DNA of 32,000 bases from Acaryochloris marina S15 (GTDB lineage Bacteria > Cyanobacteriota > Cyanobacteriia > Thermosynechococcales > Thermosynechococcaceae): contig NZ_CP064926.1 in the NCBI RefSeq assembly GCF_018336915.1, positions 120,001 through 152,000 of the forward strand. Direction: 5' to 3'. This document shows positions 1-6,156 of the stretch, piece after piece; position 1 is the stretch's first letter, and each line of letters starts with the position of its first letter. A program made the translations under genes and the position numbers. The notes under the pieces are model-generated. The model did not search any database, was not told the DNA's origin, and saw only the letters and a list, made by a program, of their open reading frames with translations.

Positions 1-2818
1 GTAAAACCGCGATAGATACTACCAATTGGTAGTGCCAACTGGCTCTAAGATCGTAGGTCATCGTTGTATAGAGATTTTGCCAATCATTTTTTGTGGGGGA
101 GCGATTTACACTCAAACGGTAGAGTACATCAAGCTGCATTCTTAATGGAAGTGTTTTTAGTAAGGTTTCCCATTGGAGGCTTTGAGGTTGTTGTTTCAAA
201 GCTTCTCTAATGAGTTGGGGGCTTTTTGTCTCTAATTGTGTCCCTTGCCTGGTGTTTTCTAGTATTGCCTGAGCTGTGTCTATCCAATCCTTAGAAGGTT
301 TACATAAAGACTGATTGGTTAAAAGACAAATTGGCAAAACAATTCGAGGATCTAGGTCAGGCAAATCAATTTGATTCAAATGTTGGGTTTGAATTCCTTG
401 GACGAGCTGATCCGTGATTTGCTCGGCTATGACAGAGATAGCGCTCTTCTTTACTTCATCAAACGGGTTCCAAATCCCCTGCCAGGTTTGACTAGAACTG
501 GGTAACTTCTTTTTAGGAAAGTTTGCTAAATCTTTTTCTATGTCTACTTCTGGAAGTAGGGCTGATAACTGAACAGCAGCATGGAACGCTATAGCCTCAC
601 GATTGTCCCAAAGTAAGGGTACTAAAGTTCTACTCGCAAACGGTGTGCCGATTTCTCCTAAATTCGTAATCGCAGAGGTATCTCCCCCTTCTGCAATAAC
701 TTGGAGCTTAGGTACTGCTACATCACCCATACGCACAAGCTGTGTTTGTATGTCCGTCAGTTGTAAATAATGGTCAGCTAAAACCTGTGCTGCTTTTGGG
801 ACATTGGTTGCTGCTAGTGCCTGTGCTGCATAAGTAGTAGACCTATTTCCCCTAGACAGAGTTAGGACCAGAAAATCGAAAATATCTTTACCTCTGGGAC
901 GCTGATCAGCAGCGACAGCTCCAAAAGCCTTAATTATGCTGTCTGAACTGACAGTATCTAAACCAAGATACTCTCTGATTGAACGGTTGCTACGTAACCA
1001 GTTTTTGAAGTGATCTATGATGTCCGTCGCTAGCTTTGGCTCGATCTTTTGAGTATCGGCCAAACAACTGAAAGCTGTTACGTCGTCTTTTTTGTAAACA
1101 GCTCGAATTAGTCTAGTACTATCCCCTGCCAGTCCGCACCAGAGCTTAACTGTTTCTCGCCATACATCTGGATCTTTGCTAAAGTGCTTAATCAAACTCT
1201 CCACATCGTCAATTAACTGAGTAGCAGCAAAGAATTCTTGCAAGGTTAGATGGGTAAATTGATAGCCTTCCCCGCCATCAATTGGCATCAATAAACCACT
1301 GCGTTCACAAATCTCCTCCAAAATAGGATCTAAATCATCCTCTGCCTTCAAATTTAGACCAGGTAAAATGGATGCCACTTGTTCATTCACAGTGAGCCAA
1401 GTGAGATTACGGCGATCTCGTTGCTTCCCCTTCGTTTGGTCTTGGGCATACAAAGCCAAATGTCGTAAAACTAATTTTTTATCTCTTCCTTTGTAACGGT
1501 TAGGTGTCTGACAAGCTTGGTCCCATACCTCTAGCAAAATATCAGTGGCCTTTTGATAGAACTCAGCCCGTGAGTGGGGTAACACAAAAGCGGTATCGGT
1601 AAATAGATAAGCAATAATGGTCAACATCAATGGATTACGAGCCAACTCCATAATCCGAGGCCGATCCTGCAAAGTTTTTAATAACTGCTCCACGGATTTA
1701 TCATCACTCTGGTCTTGCTCCCAGGGGCGCATAAATTTCCGAATTTGTTGGTCGTCAAATTCTACTACTTCCACCGTCTGATCGACCTGGGTATTAAACT
1801 CTCTTTTGTAAACCTGTGTGCGACAGGTAATCGCTAACCGACACTGATCATATTGGCTGATAAAATCTTGCAAACGGCGAACAACGTTGGGACGATCCGC
1901 ACTGTTCACTTCATCCAGGCCGTCAAAGAGTAGCATAATCATGCCCTGCTTCAGTCCTTGGAAAACAAAGTTTGTCCCATTGGGAAAGTCGTCTCGCTCC
2001 AGAGCCTTAACTAGCTGTTGCTCAATAGTGAGTTTGGTATTACTTAATCTATTTAACTCCAAGATGATGACTACGGGCTGTTGAGGAATATCCCAAGGTC
2101 CGTTGGCATAGCTCAAGGCTAAAGATCTTAGCAGCATTGTTTTGCCAGATCCTGGCTGGCCCACAATCATCAATCTCTTAAAGTTTTTGACTGCCCGTTT
2201 TGCATCAATCGGTTCTCCCTGCTCCAGAAGCTGCAACGGTACATATACCTCCGCCATTTTCAAAGGGCGATTAGGTCTAAACGGAATTTTTAGCTCTTGG
2301 TATTTGTTGCTTAATGCTTTACGGTATTGCTCTAATGCAAAATTTCTAAGTAGTTTAGTACCAGAAAATCGCTTGTAAATGTTGTCTATAATGCCTTGAC
2401 TAGCTTGATTCCCTTTCTTGATGATTGCGTCTCTAAACCAAGTTAAAATCCCTATAGCGATTGCAACTGATAAATTGAAGGGTGTCCACTGCTGCCAAGG
2501 CTTAGTCTTGTTAAGACTGGCTATTTTTTCTATGTAAAAACTCTGAACTATAATTTCGTTCAGGTGTGCTTTTAGTGCCTCGTCTCTATACTCATCTAAT
2601 GCTAGTTCTAAACCCTTATCAACTTTGAGCTGTGCTTGATAGTGGAGTGTAGCAGTTTCCTCAATTTTTTTAATAACGCTGATTTGTTCTAAAGAATACT
2701 GCTGCGCAAGGCTAGGGCTTGTTGACAGTAAAGTCACAAACATCATGGTTAAGAATGCCAGACTCAAGCGCTGCCACTGTTTCAGTCCAAATCTACCTAA
2801 CCACTTTAATTTGCTCAT
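1..2818 (-). CDS. NACHT/STAND NTPase with N-terminal hydrophobic segments and C-terminal HEAT-like repeats (partial; 3' end beyond left edge)
   Basis: The minus-strand frame is open from the ATG at 2818 to position 1. It is absent from the supplied track, presumably because it has no in-window stop; I translated it by hand and found no stops. N-terminus MSKLKWLGRFGLKQWQRLSLAFLTMMFVTLLSTSPSLA, plus a second hydrophobic stretch FNLSVAIAIGILTWF. Walker A GQPGSGKT (2138-2161) and Walker B-like MLLFDGLDEV. NACHT-type motifs ARNPLMLTIIAYLF and YQFTHLTLQEFFAA. The distal part is HEAT-like (GDVAVPKLQVIAEGGDTSAITNLGEIGTPFASRTLVPLL). There is an in-frame alternative start at 2746. Confidence 0.85.
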   Translation of the reverse strand, partial: MSKLKWLGRFGLKQWQRLSLAFLTMMFVTLLSTSPSLAQQYSLEQISVIKKIEETATLHYQAQLKVDKGLELALDEYRDEALKAHLNEIIVQSFYIEKIASLNKTKPWQQWTPFNLSVAIAIGILTWFRDAIIKKGNQASQGIIDNIYKRFSGTKLLRNFALEQYRKALSNKYQELKIPFRPNRPLKMAEVYVPLQLLEQGEPIDAKRAVKNFKRLMIVGQPGSGKTMLLRSLALSYANGPWDIPQQPVVIILELNRLSNTKLTIEQQLVKALERDDFPNGTNFVFQGLKQGMIMLLFDGLDEVNSADRPNVVRRLQDFISQYDQCRLAITCRTQVYKREFNTQVDQTVEVVEFDDQQIRKFMRPWEQDQSDDKSVEQLLKTLQDRPRIMELARNPLMLTIIAYLFTDTAFVLPHSRAEFYQKATDILLEVWDQACQTPNRYKGRDKKLVLRHLALYAQDQTKGKQRDRRNLTWLTVNEQVASILPGLNLKAEDDLDPILEEICERSGLLMPIDGGEGYQFTHLTLQEFFAATQLIDDVESLIKHFSKDPDVWRETVKLWCGLAGDSTRLIRAVYKKDDVTAFSCLADTQKIEPKLATDIIDHFKNWLRSNRSIREYLGLDTVSSDSIIKAFGAVAADQRPRGKDIFDFLVLTLSRGNRSTTYAAQALAATNVPKAAQVLADHYLQLTDIQTQLVRMGDVAVPKLQVIAEGGDTSAITNLGEIGTPFASRTLVPLLWDNREAIAFHAAVQLSALLPEVDIEKDLANFPKKKLPSSSQTWQGIWNPFDEVKKSAISVIAEQITDQLVQGIQTQHLNQIDLPDLDPRIVLPICLLTNQSLCKPSKDWIDTAQAILENTRQGTQLETKSPQLIREALKQQPQSLQWETLLKTLPLRMQLDVLYRLSVNRSPTKNDWQNLYTTMTYDLRASWHYQLVVSIAVL

Positions 2819-2956
2819 TTGGTCAATTCAGAAAAACTACGATTTTTCAGCAAATGTAAGAAAGCTTCCAATAGGCAACTTTTTTCCAATTATCTATCAA
2901 CAAGATGCTTTGATTTTACGTAAATTTAAATGATAGAAGTTCATACACTTTGAAAA

Positions 2957-3160
2957 CTACTCAATCCAACCGTTCTCCCTGGCGTATTTCTCGACAGCCT
3001 CTCGGTAGAAGTCTGATGCATTGTCCGTGTTTGCCTTCACAATGTCTCGAAGCTTTGGAGACATCCGAAAGCCCACATAAACCAACGCTTCCTCACCCAT
3101 CGGCTTGAAAGACTGTTCTCGGAACGCGGGGGATAGAGGTTTTGTCTTGTGTCCACTCAT
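2957..3160 (-). CDS. small ribbon-helix-helix (CopG/Arc/MetJ-like) DNA-binding protein
   Basis: Track ORF 2957..3205. I prefer the internal ATG at 3160 because AAAGGA lies about 7 nt upstream of it. The sequence VYVGFRMSPKLRDIVKANTDNASDFYREAVEKYAREN fits a beta-strand, helix, helix RHH layout. It lies 138 nt upstream of the NACHT gene on the same strand. Confidence 0.5.
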   Translation of the reverse strand: MSGHKTKPLSPAFREQSFKPMGEEALVYVGFRMSPKLRDIVKANTDNASDFYREAVEKYARENGWIE

Positions 3161-3171
3161 AGGCTTATCCT

Positions 3172-3277
3172 TTGTTAAACATAGGATTATTAGAAATCCT
3201 AGCACACTAGCTTTTGCTTATAGATCCCCTTTCAAAGATCAGCTATTATGATTGATAATCGCTTGTTAAACATAGGA
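3172..3277 (-). promoter_or_regulatory. candidate operator/promoter region of the RHH gene: 15-nt direct repeat x2 plus an inverted repeat
   Basis: TTGTTAAACATAGGA occurs exactly at 3172-3186 and 3263-3277. AGGATT/AATCCT forms an inverted repeat at 3183-3200. Copy 1 abuts the RBS of the RHH gene; copy 2 overlaps a TTAACA (-35-like) hexamer on the minus strand. Confidence 0.4.
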
Positions 3278-3491
3278 AAATCAATTACATTAGATACATA
3301 AGCAAAGAGGACATCACTTCAACCTCTAGCTACCGCACCTTACAACTGAATTAGCCCAGCGCTGGGGGATAAACCAGTTTCCGGTCAGACGAGCCAGGGA
3401 ATCGTCAGAAAGCATTAAACCGCTTTCAACCGTCTAACGGGGCTAGTCATCTGCGAGTGATGCTAGAGAACGCTGAGATGGATTCTCAATC

Positions 3492-3556
3492 ACTAGTGAA
3501 GGTTTCTAGATGGCTCTCTACTGCCATTTAACCGGGTTCGATTCCCGATACTAGTT
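3492..3556 (+). other. tRNA-like minihelix (T-arm plus acceptor-like stem); not a complete tRNA
   Basis: CGGG-TTCGATT-CCCG forms a T-arm with a canonical GTTCGATTC T-loop at 3533-3547. ACTAGTG (3492-3498) can pair with TACTAGT (3549-3555) as a 7-bp acceptor-like stem. Only 33 nt lie between them, holding one small hairpin (TAGA/TCTA). There is no anticodon arm and no CCA. Confidence 0.25.
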
Positions 3557-3967
3557 TTAACCACTTTTACGAGTGGGTTGCAGTTCTGCTGCAATGTCCG
3601 ATCCAACTGGGTAAAGCCAGGGCACAGTTATTGATACTGCGTTGACCACAAAATCCAAGATTGTTCTAGACCGATTTTGGTCTTTCTCTTCAGGGCGTTC
3701 TAGAAGCTCTGCAAGGGATTGGCAAACCTCTACACATTTATTGCCTATAACCCAAACTTAAAAACTGAATAGGGACTTAGCCGATCCCACCGCCTGAAGG
3801 CTCGCCCGACTAACCAAGTGTCGATTTTATTGTCCCTGAAATGGTGTAACCCGGTTCACAACGGGCGTGGGACTTTGCTTTTGCACTAGTTGCCTCAATC
3901 TACTGCAATTGGCTCGATGATTCCTCCGGGAATTGCTAGCAACTACCTTAAAATTGAGGATTTCTTT

Positions 3968-4711
3968 ATGTCTAACTCCACAAAGCGCTCCAGCCGATTG
4001 GTCAAGAAGTCTCAGCTCATAGACCCTAAGACTTTGCCTGCTAAGACTCCAACAGAAGCCGTTAAGCCCACTGTTATCAATGATTTCGGTGAAGGTTTGA
4101 TGAACTTCCGAAGAGACGAGGCAGCAAAGAATCTTGGGGAAGGGGCTGGAAACTTGGTCAAGTCTGCTGTAACTGGCGTCAGTAACAATGGAATTTGGAT
4201 GGTAGAACATGCTGTTGCAGATACCGCCTTTTTCCTCTCAAATGCTGCTGAGCTGATTACACGCAAGACTCGGAATGCTGGCCTAGTCGCTGGTGAAGCT
4301 GCTAAGGACAAAGAAAGAGAAGTTATCCAAGGTTTGACAGCCAAGGCTTATGCCGCTGGCTCTGAGGTATCGCACCTCAGTAGTTCAGTAGGTTCCACGG
4401 TCGCCCAAAACTTCAAGGAAGGAATTTCAGAGATGAAGTCTGCCCAAGAAGAACGGCGCGAGGCCAAACTCCAACAGCGAATCGATGACGGCGAGGACGT
4501 TAGAAGCCTTGCTCAAAAGGTTCGTGATCGGATCAATGCCTACACCGGGGAAGTCCTACCCCAAGCTGTTATAGAAACTGAAGATAACGATACTCTTTCT
4601 TTACCTGAAGCAGTTGAACCTGTCATTGAGTCAGTAGTTGAGGCTGCGCCTGCAATTGAGGCCAGTACCAAACTGGGTAAACTTCTGATTTCAGAACACG
4701 CCAAAGCCTAA
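3968..4711 (+). CDS. hypothetical protein, Ala/Glu-rich, no recognised domain
   Basis: Track ORF 3890..4711. I prefer the ATG at 3968 (MSNSTKRSS...), which is preceded by GAGGA about 8 nt upstream. A strong intrinsic terminator follows directly. Confidence 0.6.
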   Translation: MSNSTKRSSRLVKKSQLIDPKTLPAKTPTEAVKPTVINDFGEGLMNFRRDEAAKNLGEGAGNLVKSAVTGVSNNGIWMVEHAVADTAFFLSNAAELITRKTRNAGLVAGEAAKDKEREVIQGLTAKAYAAGSEVSHLSSSVGSTVAQNFKEGISEMKSAQEERREAKLQQRIDDGEDVRSLAQKVRDRINAYTGEVLPQAVIETEDNDTLSLPEAVEPVIESVVEAAPAIEASTKLGKLLISEHAKA

Positions 4712-4720
4712 CACCAAAAT

Positions 4721-4770
4721 CCCCCCGGTCGATCCTTAATTGGATTGGCTGGGGGCTTTTTTTATTTTTC
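4721..4770 (+). terminator. Rho-independent terminator
   Basis: A 14-bp stem, CCCCCGGTCGATCC (4722-4735) paired with GGATTGGCTGGGGG (4742-4755), has loop TTAATT and is followed by CTTTTTTTATTTTT. The stem includes G-U pairs that form only in the plus-strand transcript. Confidence 0.75.
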
Positions 4771-4818
4771 CTCGACAACGTAAACTGGCTCCAATGAACG
4801 CGCGTGAGAACTACAAAA

Positions 4819-5232
4819 ATGCCCAAATCAAAACCCTCTATATCTTTAGAACAGCTCAACCGTTCAAATGGCTCAGTGTGGGGATGGATCTGTGTGCTAC
4901 TGTTCGGTGGTGCATTGATGGTAGTAAGTAGTGTATGGGATACCCAAAATCAAGAGAAATTTCGCCAACTAGCTGAAGAAATTGAAGACAGAGGCGGCAA
5001 AGTTTTTGGTCAGACCCGGTTTAAGGAAGCACACTGGGGAGATGATCGAGTGATCATCTATATCGAAAACAACAGCAGCATTGAAGTTACCCAGACGGCG
5101 ACCGAAGATTGCAAGCTTGTTGCTGACAACTGGCCTGACTGGAAGGATGTTCAGATTTCGTCGAGTATGACGACGGATGACGGACTCATTGAAGACCTGG
5201 GTAATTTTTGGTGCAAAGATCTGGTTTCTTAG
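4819..5232 (+). CDS. hypothetical single-pass membrane protein
   Basis: Track ORF 4804..5232, with an ATG at 4819 (MPKSKPS...). One hydrophobic helix, VWGWICVLLFGGALMVVSSVW, is followed by a soluble domain with no motif I recognise. Confidence 0.5.
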   Translation: MPKSKPSISLEQLNRSNGSVWGWICVLLFGGALMVVSSVWDTQNQEKFRQLAEEIEDRGGKVFGQTRFKEAHWGDDRVIIYIENNSSIEVTQTATEDCKLVADNWPDWKDVQISSSMTTDDGLIEDLGNFWCKDLVS

Positions 5233-5588
5233 CTGGACGACAAAGAGCGTTTTTGTAGCAGTGGAGTTCTAAAGATGCAGTGCCAGGGAAGCGTTTAAGG
5301 GGTTACCAGGCTCATGATTCTTTGCTTCGTTCAAATCTCCAGCCCATCATTTTTGTCTTCGGAATTTTGTACTTTAATTCGAGTCTGAGCCTTTGGGGTT
5401 TTTGACCGTGCGTTGCGATCAACGGCCTTCTACCAGACTTTGTTTCTAGTCTCTTGAGGTGAATCGTAAAGCAAGTGTAACAATTCTGGCTTTTGATTTT
5501 GGTCCTAAAAGTTTTTTACCTAAGCACAGAGTAGAGGCTAAATCAGCTCAATAAGCTGATCGCCCATTGTTTTAATTGGAGAACAATC

Positions 5589-5744
5589 ATGAACGCAATA
5601 TACGCATTCGCAGTTCTGTTTTTGCTTGGGATTACCTTGGCTATTGCTGTTTCAACGGTAGGAGTAGCGTATCTAGGGGAGGCCATAAGGATCTTCATCA
5701 TAATAGCGCTAGTTTTAGCCGTAGGTTTAGCTTGGGAATCCTAG
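5589..5744 (+). CDS. small hydrophobic protein (51 aa, two predicted TM helices)
   Basis: ATG at 5589 with GGAGA 7 nt upstream. Translation: MNAIYAFAVLFLLGITLAIAVSTVGVAYLGEAIRIFIIIALVLAVGLAWES. It is below the 60-aa cutoff of the ORF track. The overlapping TTG-initiated track ORF 5576..5758 is in another frame and looks non-protein-like. Confidence 0.4.
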   Translation: MNAIYAFAVLFLLGITLAIAVSTVGVAYLGEAIRIFIIIALVLAVGLAWES

Positions 5745-6022
5745 CACTACAAGAGTGACCCGACTCCTTGATTTAAATTTTGGGTCTCACAAAAAATCTG
5801 CCTATATTCCCTGTAAGACATCTACGTAGATGCCCACCGCAAACTTAAACAAAGGAGCCTAGACCTTCCTGAATCGACTGCACCAGAAATGGTTGCAGAT
5901 ACCCTGGAAGTCACCCCTGAGTCTGTCGAAGTTCCAGCAAGACGAACCCGTAAGAAGCAGCTCACTCTGAGTGATGTTGCTCTGGGTAATCGCTAAGCTG
6001 GAAGTATGATGCATGGATTTGA

Positions 6023-6062
6023 CCCCTCCGATCCTTCACTGGGTTGGAGGGGGTTCTTTTTT
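6023..6062 (+). terminator. Rho-independent terminator (related in sequence to the one at 4721-4770)
   Basis: A 12-bp stem, CCCCTCCGATCC (6023-6034) paired with GGGTTGGAGGGG (6041-6052), has loop TTCACT and is followed by GTTCTTTTTT. Its G-U pairs are plus-strand specific. Confidence 0.75.
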
Positions 6063-6156
6063 GTTTATCCCTGAATTAATGCCAATGGATCGGTGGGAAC
6101 GACTGTATTCAGTTGATAATCATCAATAAGTAGATTTTTCTTGGGGCTGATCAATA

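Noticed and set aside
1887-2378. Plus-strand ORFs 1887..2084 and 2142..2378
   Set aside because: They lie antisense within the long minus-strand NACHT reading frame, which has clear P-loop and NACHT motifs. They are shadow ORFs.
3492-3556. Possible tRNA gene, suggested by a canonical GTTCGATTC T-loop and an acceptor-like stem
   Set aside because: The element is only 65 nt, with 33 nt between the acceptor and T stems. It has no anticodon arm or D arm, there is a C-A mismatch in a 5-bp T stem, and there is no CCA. I kept it only as a tRNA-like element or possible tRNA fragment.
3206-3967. Replication origin (DnaA boxes, iterons, AT-rich unwinding element) in the long non-coding stretch
   Set aside because: I found no TTATCCACA-type boxes here, no array of three or more iterons, and the region is not AT-rich. 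No rep gene is visible in the window either. I left it as one of several possibilities rather than calling it a feature.
3827-4344. Minus-strand ORFs 3827..4210 and 4012..4344
   Set aside because: They are antisense to the plus-strand gene 3968..4711, which has an RBS and a strong terminator. Their products are low-complexity, and there are no start signals.
5576-5758. TTG-initiated 60-aa ORF from the track
   Set aside because: The overlapping ATG frame at 5589..5744 has a correctly spaced GGAGA and encodes a coherent two-TM peptide. The TTG frame gives an implausible product rich in Arg, Ser and Cys.
5889-5996. 35-aa ORF (MVADTLEVTPESVEVPARRTRKKQLTLSDVALGNR) just before the terminator at 6023
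   Set aside because: No RBS lies within a usable distance (AAAGGAG is about 30 nt upstream), and there is no recognisable motif. It cannot be distinguished from a non-coding transcript.
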